The notes below the pieces were generated by a model. That model did no database searches and was not told the origin of the DNA. It saw only the letters and a program-made list of their open reading frames with translations. The translations under genes were made by a program, and so were the position numbers. Shown here one piece after another: positions 25,440-39,169 of a stretch of DNA of 64,000 bases. The stretch covers positions 41,046,001-41,110,000 of the forward strand of contig NW_024704742.1 in assembly GCF_018977255.1 (NCBI RefSeq), read 5' to 3'. The stretch's first letter is position 1. The number at the start of each line of letters is the position of its first letter. Source of the stretch: Callorhinchus milii. Taxonomy: Eukaryota.

Positions 25440-25880
25440 ATTTCTCTTCTCCTGGAGGCATTTACCATTTTCATCCTTCTGCTGGGTTACAATTTCATGG
25501 ACACAGTTCCCCACCACTATCTTGCCCACGTGGCAATTATTGACTGGTGAGCTTCAACAGTGAGAGGTGAAATGCTATTGGATCACAAATGCAATGCAGT
25601 TGAGTCCAATCTTGCCTTTGAAAAAATGTAAACCAGTATCTTCTAGCAGTGTATACAGGGTGAAGATCAGGAACAGGAATCCTGGCTCTCTCCCTAGTTC
25701 GGTGACTCTGAGGCCAACTGCAGCCACAACTATCACTCCCATCAATCAGCACAGCTTTCCTGATGAGCCAGGAACTCCCTTTCCATTCAGCTCTGCATCC
25801 TAAAAAGAAGCATCATACAACCTCCGTTGGCTGTAGCTTTTACTCGGTTGTCAGAAGGCGTTACTATTAGTCAACTCAAA
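25440..25880 (-). mobile_element. Old SINE, family A
   Basis: acagttccc, aagatcaggaacaggaatcctggct and gaggccaactgcagc are shared with the 19430 copy. Confidence 0.5.
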
Positions 25881-27639
25881 ATAGAAGATGTTTTTGGTCT
25901 TTCTCCTCCCATAGATTGGTAGGGGAGCTGACCAATATTTATCACAATGTGCTTGCATACATAATATTGCATTATACAACTTGCAATGGGAATGTCACAA
26001 AGAGTGTATAGTTTGATCAAGTACGTGATACCACATATGAATAGCACTTAAACACAAGTTGATATTATATAAAATGATTAATAATTACAGTCAAAAATGC
26101 TGAGAGACATCTGTACTTCCATTGCACAAAGTTAATTTTCTTTTTTGCAATTTATCTTTTAAACTGAAGTTGACGATTTTTCAATAGAGCTAAAACTACA
26201 TTGCTTTGCTCATATTCACCATAAGTCTATGAGTTCTGGCTGGACACATTCAGTGCATAATTTCTTCTGAACAGACAGACTGTCCACAAAATGTTTCCCA
26301 CAATATGATGCCAGGTTTGGCTGCAAATAAAATCACCGATATATGTGATTTTCTTTACAGTGAAGCACTTCGAGATATTGTTCCGACATTATAGACACTA
26401 TAACAATTGCAATTTCTTCTTCTAGTGATGGGATGAGAATCCAAGCCTGAGGTGCCCACCATAATTGAGCTGCTGACCTCAGCCCAGCCTCTGTGGGCAA
26501 GTACAAGGTGGACGGAGCTCGGTGATTCACCATAGAGAGAGAAAAATGGATGAAGGCTTCCTTTTCAGAACTTTGTCATACCCGTCCTAATAGCACAGGT
26601 GAGAGTCCATCAATCAAATCATCCACTCACTGTAGCCAGTACGTGATCTGGGAAGACCAGAGAAACTAAGGAAGAAAGTGAAGGGAAATAACAACAACAA
26701 CTTGCATTTATATAGCGCCCTCAAGCGGGGTAGCGTCCTGGAGAGGTTAAACACGGTAACAATAAATGAAAGCATGGTTTGCAGAATGAAAATTGAGCTC
26801 TTCTCCAGCAGTGTGCCTGCCAGTGTACAAGACAGCACAGTGACACAATGTAATACATTTCACCAGGTTATACACAGATAGAGGCTTCATCCCGGCTAAT
26901 AATACCTCTGGGTGCTAGTCTCGATTTGTGATCCTCTGATGGTAAGGGCAGCACAAAATTTTCATTCATTAAGCTGCTGTAATTCCTTAATTAATTTATT
27001 CTGTTCCACAAGTACTGCAGATGGTTTCATTACCCACTGACATTAGAAGATTAGAATTTGCTACAGCAGAAGTACACAGAATATTGTGTTGGTGACTGCA
27101 CCTCTTCACTCCAGAGAAAGACCTTTGGAACTCTTCACACCCTTGGCAGATTGCTGCTTCCAAGACAGCTGAATGCATAAATTTGCATACTGCGAGTCTG
27201 AAATAATTTGTGAAGGGGATTATATAACTTCTGGGGGAAAGCTTGTGGCACTTTTTTTTAACACTGTTCTTGTGTTAATTAATACTCGGAATGCCGCAAG
27301 GAACACATTCTGAAACACTGAAAACTTCATTATTTTCTTTTGAATGTCTTACAATCGGTATAAGGTGATGGTCGAAGATTTAAAAAATTCTACTGGTGCA
27401 ATTTTTTCCAGCTTTACACTCCAACGCATAATCCCTACTATTTTGACATGGGGTTATTGCTTCTCCCCATTCTGTTCATTCCACCATCGGTGGCCAAACT
27501 TTAAGCTCCCACACCATCTCCTCTGGAGCTACCAAGTTGCCATCCCACTTCACTCTTTGCCTTTAAAGTATCCTTTGTGACCTTCTTTTATGTGAAGCGT
27601 GCCAAAAAAGCATAAACTATTGTTACAAACAGGACTTTA

Positions 27640-28020
27640 GGCTCACGCAGACTAGGCTGACAGCTCAATGCAGAAAGCGGGGGGTGGGGGGGGGGGTCGG
27701 CGGGGGGAGAGAATTGCACTGTCAAAGCTATGGTCCTTTGGATGAGATGTTAAAATGGAGGTCTTGTTTACCTGCTCGGGTGGACGTTAGGGAATCCCCT
27801 GCCATATTCAAAACGGAAGGGAATTTCTCCTTGTGTCCTAGCCATCACTCCTTCAGATAAAATTTGGTTATTCATTTCATAGCTGTTTGTGGAACATTAC
27901 TGTGGGTAAATTAGCTGATGAGTTCACCTAAAAAATGCATAATCACTACTTTTTACAGTATATCCACTGAAGCACTTTTAGACATTTTAAAGACCTCATT
28001 GGCACTATATCAAATGATTG
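27640..28020 (+). mobile_element. Older Deu-domain SINE
   Basis: cctttggatgagatgttaaa...cctgctcgggtggacgtt...gctgtttgtggaac...ggcactatatcaaatg. Confidence 0.78.
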
Positions 28021-31000
28021 TATCATTACAAATAATACGTCATTGCTTTTAGGTGTATCTTCCTTTTAGAAGGAAATAACTGACTCCAAAATTTGATCTT
28101 ATCTGTAAGAATTTGAATTCAGTGTTAGGGATAGAGACAAAGAAGCAAAGAACGGTGAAACATAGATTGCCTCCTCCAGAATACTATCCCAAAAAATTCA
28201 CTTTAGAAATTGTGACATAGGGAGCCTTTCAAGCTTCTGTGATACTTATTAACATGAATTTAGGGAGATTCTATTTTTGTGTTGACAGTGTACTGTGTAC
28301 ATCATGACACTGTTGCATCTGAGGAATATCTATCATTGTCAATAGACTGCCAACACCTTCTGTGTTCTCAGACCAGTCAATTACACAGCTCTTGAAGAGG
28401 CTCTAGATCCAGTCAACCAGCATGAAAGTCCACTCGATGACACTTGATAAACTGTCATTGCTTTACATACAGCACCATTGTCAAACTAATCTATTGTTTG
28501 GACAGAGCACTTCATAGAAAGGATCACAGAAGGGCAGCCTTTAGAATTTATGAATAGGATCCACAAATAGTATCCACTGCAATAAATAAGCAACAATCGA
28601 CAGTTAGTGTTAGGACTCCTAATCTGACCACAATGGATATAGTGGATAAATAATGCAAAATGCTACAGTTTACCATGTATCGATACAGGAATGTTTTTTT
28701 ATAATTCACTCAAAGCTGAAATTGGTCTTCTGGGATATAAAATGCTAACACAGCTCAACAAGTATTACAGAGTAATCTGTCATCCGGATTGCAATCGCAA
28801 TGCTTACAAGAATCATATTGACTTAAACTGTACAGTTGCCCAGTCAATCTCTCATCTTTTCATATATCTTTGCAAGGCACCAAAGATGCAGGTTTCATTG
28901 AAGTAGACAATTGTCTGTCAGTGGTTTCGTATTGCTCATTCTTTGCATGTCCTACATTTCTTGCAAACCTATAGACATCAACCTAACACTTGTTTTCTGG
29001 AAATTAATAATAAGAGCAGCATTTAACAGTGAAAATGGAAGAAGCCAGACTGAAGGCACTGTCACGTGGATCATGATCAGGTGATCTGTGGCATTCGTCT
29101 GCAAAGAACATTATTCTCAATTTTGGTGAAACACAAGACACCGATGTGACCTGATCGGCTTCCAGCATTGTTGTACGTGACTCATTCCTGTAAGTCTTTG
29201 GCTGCTAAAAGTTACTCAAATACCCTGGGGTCACCCAATTTGGCACTGGCTAGGTCCATGATTGCTAAGTCTCCTCAGGGTGACCAAGTTCCCTCATCTC
29301 CGTCTAGGCTTATTAGACTCAGAATCTTAGCGACAGTGTCCTAAATTCCTTTTTTCTTTCTTTCTCTTTGATGCTTACTTTTTGTTTGAGGGGTTGGGTC
29401 TCGTTTGTTAGCTTTGCTTTCCACCAATTTGTTGTTTGGTTACAGGAGCACATTTCATGCCCTGTGGTTCAGTTGTTATTTCGGGCCTCATTCTTATTTT
29501 AGCCTGGTTTCAACGAGGGAATAACGGACTGAGGATCTCCTGCTTAGTGTCATTTGACTCTCTTCTCCCAAGAGGATCACACTGTTCACAGTAGCATTGT
29601 GTAACGTGATGTTCACCTGTCGCTTCGCCTCACCCGTGCTCCTTGGTTGATTTCAATGCAACTCCTAAGGTGCTCCTGAACATTTGATTTGAAACTCCCC
29701 CTCAGATTCCTCACTTGTCAAAAGAGGCACCAGCCACCACTGCATTCTAGTGAAGATTAAATATCCCATGGGTCTATGGAAAAAGAGAATGGGATTTCCC
29801 CAATTACTGTGTACTGGTTCTTCCATTGATCATACCTCAGTTGGAAACAATTAGTTTTGGACAAAACAAACAAAAATATCATTCAATAAAAGCAAGCTGC
29901 TTGTTGGAAAAAGGTGGAGATTTCAATACTGGGAATAAAAGGTTGCGTTGTGCAGAATATGTTGTGCAGAAAACGGTGAGCGCACTGAAATACAGAGTAT
30001 TCTCAGCCTGCCATCACTGGTAATACATCTTCAATCCTTATTTATTGAGTTCTCCCTCTGTGTGATACCGGCACTGTCAATAATCAGTAAGAGAAGTGGG
30101 AAACTGCAAAAATTCCCTCGCTTGTCGGATAATAACTAAACAGCAGAAACTGTGAGGTGTTTAACACATGAACATCTCCTAGCCTTACAATTTTAGTGAG
30201 ATTGAGAAAGAGAGAGACCATGACACAGGTTCTGAAACGTACAAACAGATTGTACAAACAATGATTATCCTGCTTAAGACAGAATCCAATTTGTCACGCA
30301 TAGAAAGAAATTATCTGAAGTAGGATCTGATCTCTAGCAAATCTCACTGAGATGTTAAAGGATTGTATAATATTGACATAAAGAAAATGTTTGTGCAGTA
30401 TTCAATTTTCCTGATAGATGTCAATTTTACATGTCAGGAGAATACGAGGAACCAAAGCTTGGTTGCTTTACAATCCAGATAGCACTTAGTCTTCTAAATG
30501 TACATTTTGTGAATGGATGGCACCCAGTATGAAGTGTTACATTTCTAACAAGACATTATTATTATTATTACTACAGTGCTACTGCTACAGGAATCTGTGA
30601 CTTCTGCTATTTGCTGACACTTTCCACTTACGTTTTAGACTGACACACTACTGTGCAACTTCACTATAGTGCACCTTTGTTCAGATGTTTACAATATTCC
30701 TGGTTGCCCTGATCTGTAACTCGTAAAGTTGCATTTCAATTAGGGCAGAAAACGAGTTTTTCATTCCCACAAATCGAGTTCCCAAGCTCATGCACAAGAT
30801 CTGGAAAACTCTTTTCTTACAAACAGGGTATGATAATAAGTGTGCATATATACCCCATTCCCTGTGGCCTTTTCCTCACTATACCTCCAAAAGGAGATGA
30901 TCACAAAGAGTCACTAGGAAGAGCTGCAGCAGTAGATCTAATGTCAGAGAGAAGCAGACAGTAGAGTGGAATAAAGAATGCTGATTGTCTTAGGAACTAC

Positions 31001-31089
31001 TCTGTACAAGTAACTGATCCAAGAATCCAGTACCTTAAAGCAAAATTAGAAGGGAGAAGAGAGAAACTATGAGCAATGATGAGGCAAGC

Positions 31090-31450
31090 TAGGGCTCTTC
31101 AGTGTTGAGAGAAGATGACTCATAGAGGTTTATAAAACTTTAAATGGAATTGAAAACGTAGACCCAAACCATGACTTTAGAATGCAACAAAACAATAGAA
31201 TAAGAGGACACAGGTTTACAGTTGTAAAATGCAATTTCAGGACAGATACCAGGAATGTTTCCTTTACAAAGAGGATAGTCAATGACTGGAACAGGTTGCC
31301 AGGAAAAGGGTAGAATCCAGGACACTGAATTATTTTAAAAAGCAGCGTGATGCAATGATGGGGGGATGGCAGGGTGGGTATTCTGGATGAGATCAGATGG
31401 GCCGAAGGACCTTCTTCATGTAGACCAATTTTGTGATCTTGTGAGATACA
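31090..31450 (+). mobile_element. CR1 LINE 3' end
   Basis: LGLFS..RR..LIEVYK, RGH.F.V and F.QR.V..WN.LP motifs; 3' UTR gatgggccgaaggaccttct. Confidence 0.85.
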
Positions 31451-32500
31451 GACTATAAGGTAGGGATGCAAGTCCTGCCAATGCTTCCACAGCCCATTAG
31501 GTATGTTCTGTGGAAATTCTAATGTGACATACCGAACTTGCCCGTATTTGTATTTGGGTTGGATAGGAACGTTTTAAAAAATGATATTTCATGTGCATGG
31601 GTTGGAGGGGAGGAGAAGACATGAGGGAGAGAAAAATGAGGAATGTGATGTGATAATTATCAGTGTTAATAATTATCACATATTGCATCTCCTCCCTCCC
31701 TCCAAAAGTAAAAGTACAAATTTAGTTTCAGACATGGCCTTAGGTGAACACAGCTGACATCTGTATCATGGAGAACCTGGTGAAAACGAAGTTGTTATTT
31801 ACTGATGATAACTATGCTGCACTGTCATGCAGAGCAATTTGAAAACCTGCTCACTTTTAAAGAAAAGCCACATTTCTGAGTCGGGGAAGGTACGCAGCTA
31901 AAGTGAGACTCGCTTGGGCGTTAATTCCCTCACCAGTCTCACGTAATTAACTTCAGGAAGAAAAGTGAAGTAATTACTTCGAGTGATGCTGCCTCCAATC
32001 GGTTTTACATTGGTGAAGAGATTCAATTATCTCAACTTGTCTCAGCCAAAACTTGAAGCAGATGAAAAGAAATCAGGGAACGAAAAAAGTGTTTAACTGT
32101 TCTTAGGCTTAAGGCTGTTGCCATGAGACTTTAAGATTCTGTACAATTTGGGGAAACTGTTTTAAAGTTAGTCTTAATTTGGAAGCTGATTTTCTGCAAC
32201 ACTGAAAAAGATCTGGAAAGTTCTGTTTCTGAATTCAAAAATAATTAGGGAACTTTTCAAAATTCCACATAATCTTAACTGTTAACACAATTGTCTGCAG
32301 CTTAAGGACATGAGGCCCTTGGTTGTTGCACACGACCTGCTTATCAACTCTGGTGTAACTTTCAGGTGATTGTTTGGGGTCAGTAACACTCCTTGACTCT
32401 ATCTGAGACAAAGAGGACCTAAATTGATGATTCAACTGTAAAAAGGATGATCTGGAAATAAACAAACAACACTATTGTGTTTAATAAAACATGTCGCTCT

Positions 32501-32575
32501 ATAGGAAGTGGTGGCCTTGAGATAGGAAACGGTGGCTTTGAGATAGGAAGCAGTGACCTTGAGAAAGGTAGCAGT
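32501..32575. repeat. 21-bp minisatellite, about 3.5 units
   Basis: ataggaagtggtggccttgag / ataggaaacggtggctttgag / ataggaagcagtgaccttgag / aaaggtagcagt. Confidence 0.9.
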
Positions 32576-33334
32576 AAAATTGGGGAAGGAAGGAAACGGT
32601 ACTGCCTTGGAAGAGGGATGTAGCAGCGTCACTGGAACTGTGGTCAGAACAAAGGGCTGAGTTGACATGAGGTAGTGGGTTGGAGTACTGCAGTCAGGCC
32701 AGTCATCAGCTACTTTGCTGGTTTATAACATCTGAAGTTCTTGGAGTCAAGATTAGATGTCAAAGGGGTCCTAGGAGCTGATGTCAGTCATTAAATTGCA
32801 TCAAAATGTGCCCAGTCCCTTCAATGCAAAGCTGCCTTCTAGAGTGAGGAGGTTTGAGTTCACAAGGTATTTGTGTTCTACAAGGTGATATGAGTCTCTA
32901 ATTCCACATGATACCACATGTCTCTTGCTTTATCTCAGGGGTTTATAGCCAATTATTTCCACCTAACAATCTTTTAGATCTCAGCCCATGACCTCAGGTC
33001 CCCAACACCATAGTAGCCTTAAAGTAATTGTTTCCAACATCAATACAAACCAACCCAACCTTGGGGGGAAAAAATATTTTTTTGGAAAAAGAACTGATCA
33101 ATAAATGGAAGAATTTAACTCCAGCATTGACTCTTCTAAGCACTGCACTCAGTGGATAAAAGGGTCAAAAATCTGTCGAAAATGCAGCACTTCCAACAAG
33201 ACTGACATACATAAGACTACAACAACTTGCACTTCTATCAAATCCTTCATGTCGGATAGTGTCTTGGAACTCTGCAAAGACTTCCCCACTGTTTCACGTC
33301 TGTAAGCTTCAAAGGTTATCACATAAATAATATA

Positions 33335-33620
33335 ATAATACTCCTTGCATTTGATATACAGTAGCCCTTCCACATCAAGAGTATTTCTCAAACAGCCAAC
33401 CGGGATTTACTGTGAAGAAATACCACTGTGAAGTGTAGTAACTATTTTGTAGGTAAACATAGCACCCAATTTGTGCACAGCAGAGTCCTACAAACAACTA
33501 TGAAGCGAACAACCAATTGAATCTGGGGATTGTTGGCTAGGTCACTGGAAGAAAATCCCTTCTCTCTATCAAATGAAATGAAAAGCAATGTGCTGGGTAT
33601 TTGCTCAGTTATCTTTCGGT
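33335..33620 (-). mobile_element. Older Deu-domain SINE
   Basis: Tail ccttgcatttgatata and core caatttgtgcacagcagagtcctacaaaca. Confidence 0.7.
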
Positions 33621-34249
33621 TCCAGGGAGTATCCAAACAGACCTTTCTGTGTGTGTGTGGGGGGGGAGGGGGAGAGAGAAGGACAAAGATTCACCATAAG
33701 GTGGACATTGATTAGGAAGGAAGGAACAGTCTTCATGAGCCAAATGGTCTTTTCTCACCCGATGTTTTGTGTGCAACAACATAAACCACAGGAGCGCTAT
33801 TGTTTCCCACGACCCTCTCATGTGTAATTAAAACAACAGCACAGACAAGACACAGACGTGACAATGTGCTGTACAAGGTACTTTGTTAGGAACAGAATTG
33901 ACTGTTTCAATCCATAGTCAGATTGCATTACAGAAAGATGCCAGTGACTGAAATGCAACAAACCTCTAAGAACTTTTACACATTTGTATCAATTTAACTG
34001 ACTCGATTCATTGTAACCTGCAGAATGTACTCTTTTGCAATCCATGCCCTTTTCAAAATGTTACTTTTTTGGTTAATTTTTATTAACTGGCCGAGAGTTT
34101 GGTCAAATCCGCCTCTTGCCTGAAATCCTGCCGCATTCACACAAAGACTGGTCCCAGTGCAGCTTTAGCACACTAGCAGAGGAATGAAAATCAAAACTTT
34201 TTAAATATAGCTTCTCTAACAACTTCAACAACTTTTATTTACTCTTGGA

Positions 34250-34945
34250 TCACTCTTGGCAGATGGAAATGGCTTGGAGCACTTTACACAGACTGGGTTG
34301 GAATGATGAGCAAGTGAAAAGAGAGAGGGGAAGTGAGGAACTGGGAGGTGAACATGTTCAAATAGGAAGATTTTTGAGATGGGACTTGAAAGCCAGATAG
34401 AGGGCAAGACAGAGGGATAGAGGGAACGAATTCCAGAGATTAGCGCCGCAGAAACTGAAGATACGGTTTCAGTAGCCTAAACTACTGTGGTGAACAGAGG
34501 GGCTGAGCAGAATAGTAGCATAGGAAAAGATCAAAGAGATACTTTTGGAGTTTGGTGTGAGTGAGAGTGGAATTTTGGATGAGTTGTTGCATAATAATGG
34601 TGGAGCTAGGGAGACCAGCAAACAGTAAGAAATAAAAAAAGACTAAGTGAAAAGCAGCAAAAGCATGAATAGTATTTTGAGGTCAGTGGGTGTGAAATAG
34701 GGGCACAGGTGAAGGAAAGCTGCCTTGGTTAGGGACTGAATATGAGGGAGAAAGGAGAGCTAAGAAATGAATTGGGGGTTACACGCTGATTTAGTGAATT
34801 TGAGACTGAGGCCAGGGAGGTTGAGGAGGTCTGAGCCGGAAGAGAAAAGATCCTGGTGGGAGCCAAGCAGGATGGTTTCAGTCTTATCCTTGTTGAGTTG
34901 CAAGGAAGTTTGGCTCATCCAAGCCTTGATGTCTGACATTAAGTG
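34250..34945 (-). mobile_element. Decayed L2 ORF2 3' portion
   Basis: Minus-strand D.K.WM..NFL.LN.DKTE...G motif (34860-34940) and LWNS.P motif (~34420). Confidence 0.75.
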
Positions 34946-34978
34946 GACAAAACATCAGTGGACAAAACATCAGTGGAC
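34942..34978. repeat. 15-bp tandem repeat, about 2.5 units
   Basis: agtggacaaaacatc agtggacaaaacatc agtggac. Confidence 0.92.
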
Positions 34979-35069
34979 CCAATGTTGACCTTCTAATGAA
35001 AGGGAAATTAGGCAATGAAAGAAAAAACAAAATAACGTTTTGTATTGTCCAGATATTAACACTCACTAT

Positions 35070-35310
35070 TCTTCGGAAGATGTAATTAAACTGAGGTCCC
35101 ATCTGCCTGTTGAGGTGGACATTTAAGATCCATGGCACTAATCAAAAAGAGGAGTTTCTCCTAGTATCCAATTTTATGATCATTCACTTAATGACTTTTG
35201 GTGGGCTTTTGCTGTGTGCAAATTGGCTGCTGCATTTCACCAACAAAATACAGTCACTGCACTTTGCTTTAAATTCTGTGAAGTGCTTTCAGGCATCCAA
35301 CATGAAATGA
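35070..35310 (+). mobile_element. Older Deu-domain SINE
   Basis: taaactgaggtcccatctgcctgttgaggtggacatttaagatccatggcacta. Confidence 0.8.
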
Positions 35311-37379
35311 ATCAAATGAAGTTTTTTTAAAATCATTATTAGGGGGGAATATATTGCTACCTTTTTTATATACATACAAGCAGGGGTTTATCATAGCGAT
35401 GTTTGTCAGAAACCCAGTTGCTTCTTGTGATATGAGACCACATATTTTATTTTCCAAGTAGAATTAATTATCTAGTCCAACATATTAATAGTGTGTATTT
35501 TTTTTAAAAAATATTGGTTGCTACAAAGTAAAGTGACAGAATTCTGCAGCCGTAATGGTGCCGCTGAGACAGAAATATATTGGCAGCAGGAAATGGTAGC
35601 TGCAGACTCGATGGCTAACTTGAAAGAGAAAGCTCAGAAATTGAATAAAATTGAAAAATAGATCTGTAATAAAAATAAAACACAACAGCTGTGAGTGTGT
35701 TTGAGGCAGTCACAAACTCTTGGGGTCCGGAGCCTGTATAACTGCTCAAGTCTTGTGACATCATGTGAACACCCTAGTGTGGTACTATATGACTCTCTGC
35801 GAATACTAATACTATATCATGAACTTCTGTTCAATACATAGTTAATCATGTTTTGCTGCCATCGATATAAACTCACAAGTCTTTGCAAAGCGACTACAGG
35901 CATCATGATGCTCAACTCCAACACCACGCAGGAGGGTAGAAAGGAAGAGTCTCTTTTTGGGTACCTTCTTATTTGTAAAATAGATTATTAAACTAAGGCA
36001 TTGGACTGAAATTATAAATACTTTAAAACTACTTAAGAAGCAGATGTCACCTTCTACCAAGACTGATTTTGATGTTACCTTTGCCACTGCTTTGCCAGAA
36101 TCCAAAAAGACATCTTTCAGATATCTGTAACTCGTGGATTTCTGGTAGCACAGATCGCCTTTTTGGTCCCATTCCAAATCATAGATAAGCAGCACTACAT
36201 TTGTGGGAGTCGATGGATAGGAAATTTTTGTTCCACTACATTCTTCCAGGAAGTCATTTGAAAACTAAAACAGTGCGGCAGGAAGGGCATGTAAACATGG
36301 AACAGATAAAGCTGTAGCACGATACAAACATGATTTACACCAATTCAAATGTCTATGCGTATGAAGCTTGATTTTACTTGACTTCTTAATGTCTTCTCCT
36401 AATTTGCTTTAGAATTTTATTCTCACCATGAGTTTTTTCTCTCTCCCACAGGTATTGGGAAGGCTGGTGAGGAAAAGGAGACATCTTGTTCAAAGCAGTG
36501 CTCCCGAGCTTATCACTGTGAGGCATGTCAGAGGCATGTGGTTACCGTCAACCTCCAATTTGTCCTCTCTCCCTATCACCAAGGCCACCTCACTGTATTG
36601 ACCCCCTACCCCCATCCCTCATACCCATACCTCAGATGAGATCAGGAGCTCAAACCCTTCCCCTTTGTGGCGCAGAGGATGGTATTACAACTGTATATTG
36701 TGCAAATCCCATTAGTTTTAGCCCATTTACTGGCAACAGTAATGAAGGACCTGTTCAAAGCCATCTTGACTGCACTAACAGCAGCACTGGAAATATTCTG
36801 GAAACATCAATGCAGACAACAAAGAGGAAATGGACAGATAAATGATCTATCCTCGGGATCTGACAACCCAGTCGTTTGAACTAGCATATGGGTCTAACTC
36901 AATGTTTTGTGGAGGAAACGTCTTGAAAATTTATTTCCCTCTTTTTGTTAATTTGCTCCAGATTTATCTCATCGCACTGAAAGATTAAGCAGAATGAAAT
37001 GTTCCATCATGATCCCGCTTCAAGTCTTATATAATGACCTAAAAGGCTTATTACCTACAAATTATCTGTACTAAAACACATGCCTAGCACATGGTTCATT
37101 AACAAGATCATTTGCAATAATGAGACATTTTTTACAAATCTGCCAATCAACCTTATTAATAGATCAGCTTTTAACACATGGTTACAGTCAAGTCATTCAT
37201 GAAACTGAAAGGATTTTTTAAAAAAAAGTTATTACAATCTGCAAACTTTTAATCTAACATGGATCCAACGTAGAATCCCATATCACTTTAGACTTTCAAT
37301 GGTTTTCTTCCATAATAACTCCTGAACACTACAAGATTTGTAGTGATGGGAAAGAAAAACATCAAGACATGGTGTCCTC

Positions 37380-37590
37380 AGATTTATTAAGCAAAATTTC
37401 AACTTGTTCCTTGCGCTTCACTCATATCGAATGCAAGCAGAAGGATTAGGACTCATTTCCAATGACTTCTGATGGAATTCTGGTGTTAATTGTCAAAAAA
37501 GACTTGATGAAGAGGTGTAGCCAAAACATTAGCTTTGATTTCTCCTTATGAAGCTGACTGACGTACTGTCCATTTGCAACAGTCTACAAT
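37380..37590 (+). mobile_element. Possible Penelope-like element 3' end with a degenerate hammerhead motif
   Basis: cttgatgaagaggtgtagccaaaacattagc resembles CTGATGAAGGG..CCGAAACGT; followed by tctcc..gaagctgactgac..ctg. Confidence 0.45.
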
Positions 37591-37599
37591 GCTTTGGAT

Positions 37600-38900
37600 G
37601 ATTAAGGCCTTTCGGTCTTTCAGAATATCTACCCTATTATCTTCCCATTAAACCATTGAGCTGTTTTTTTTACAAAAGAGGCCAGAGTTTTAGTCTCAAC
37701 CGACTTTCCTAGCAACTTGGTCCAGCTATTAATTCCCTTCTGGGTAAAGAAATATTTCCTATTGTCTGTCCTGAAAATGCGCTTTGCAATTCTAAACCTT
37801 CGTCCTCTTATTCTACTGTCTTGGTACAGTTTCTGTTTTTAGTTCCCAAATCCAAAAGTCCTAGTTTTTTTTCTTTTCATTTCACAAGCCTGAGCCTGCA
37901 ATTGACTCTTTTATTCCAAAAGCTGGCTATATAGTGATTAAATGAACATGCGAACAGGCATGATCTACAATGGGTTCAGACCATAAACAGATTAATATCA
38001 TTGAAAGCTGCAACACAGCACAGAATTTGACCCATCACAACCGCACTTCCTCACAAACCACTTAGTCTTAATCCCACTTTCCTGCTCGCTCCCGATTCCC
38101 TTCAATATTCAATACCTGTTTAATTCTCTTTGAAGAGAATTGATGGGACTCCAACTCAATAACATTTGTGACAGAGATTTGCATATTTAAACCCTCTGTG
38201 TAGTTTTTTTCTAACCTCTCCTTAAATCATTTTGTGATTATCTTACATTTGTGTTCTCTTATTATTCACTCACCAGCCAATTGAAATAATCTATTATTAT
38301 TTACGCTATAACAACCTTGAGCACTCATTCCAAATCGTCCTTTAACTTTCTCATTTCCAATGGGAAAAAAAGCATTTACTTAATAGTTGAATCTCCTCAG
38401 CCTGACTCTTATGCAGCAACTTTTTCATCATTTTTACATTCTTCCTTTTGTGGGGTTCCCAAAACTGAACATACCAATGCAACTCTTTAGTTTAATATTT
38501 ACAAAATGAAAATGCTTATACGCAAACATGAGACCACGATACGAGCTGTTTGCAATTTTCTCTCAGCGGGGCTACACAATTAATATGGGCTTTGAAGTGT
38601 AAGACAGGCATTTTTACAAGCATCCACAACAAGGTTTATGACAGGGTAGTAGGATCAGAGGTTATCATTACTTGATTAGACATACATGGACAAGGTCTCA
38701 AAATGCACATCTTCAGAACTAAAATGCTGAATCGTTTGAACTGGATATAAAGTTTCAGGAGCAGAACTAAGAACAGCATCTGATAAAGCAGCATTTATAT
38801 TGCACAGCAAACTCACCACAAAGGGAATGGTAGAAGATTCTGGATAATGCTCTTTATACCTGCTGTTCACCAATGATTGATTGAAAACTATGTGCATTTA
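37600..38900 (-). mobile_element. Decayed CR1 fragments (at least two 3' pieces)
   Basis: Reverse-strand RGH..K and F.QR...WN motifs at ~37700-37820 and ~38160-38270. Confidence 0.6.
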
Positions 38901-38960
38901 AAATGATTATGTTGTTTTGGTTAGACACCAGAGTCCCCAAATACTCTTAACCTTTAAGAT

Positions 38961-39137
38961 CATTGTCTAAAAATGTAAAATCATGCAGAATATTTGAAAA
39001 TCCTTAAATTTAGCCTTAATTTGGAAACTGTTTTTTCATTGTGATTTTTCATAGTACTGTGGAAAATCAGTTTCTAAATTAAGACTAGTTTTGAGAATTT
39101 TCCAAAATTATGCAAAAACTTACATTTCAAGACAATG
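38961..39137. mobile_element. Palindromic MITE-like element (family M1)
   Basis: cattgtct..aatgtaa..tagccttaatttggaaactg pairs with cagtttctaaattaagacta..ttacattt..agacaatg. Confidence 0.7.
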
Positions 39138-39169
39138 GTTAGGACATCAGGAACGTTAGCTTCTTTTTT

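Noticed and set aside
29040..29700. Possible solo LTR
   Set aside because: No TG...CA ends, TSD or second copy could be established.
32501..32575. CRISPR-like array
   Set aside because: Contiguous 21-bp units with no unique spacers, in vertebrate DNA with no cas genes; a minisatellite.
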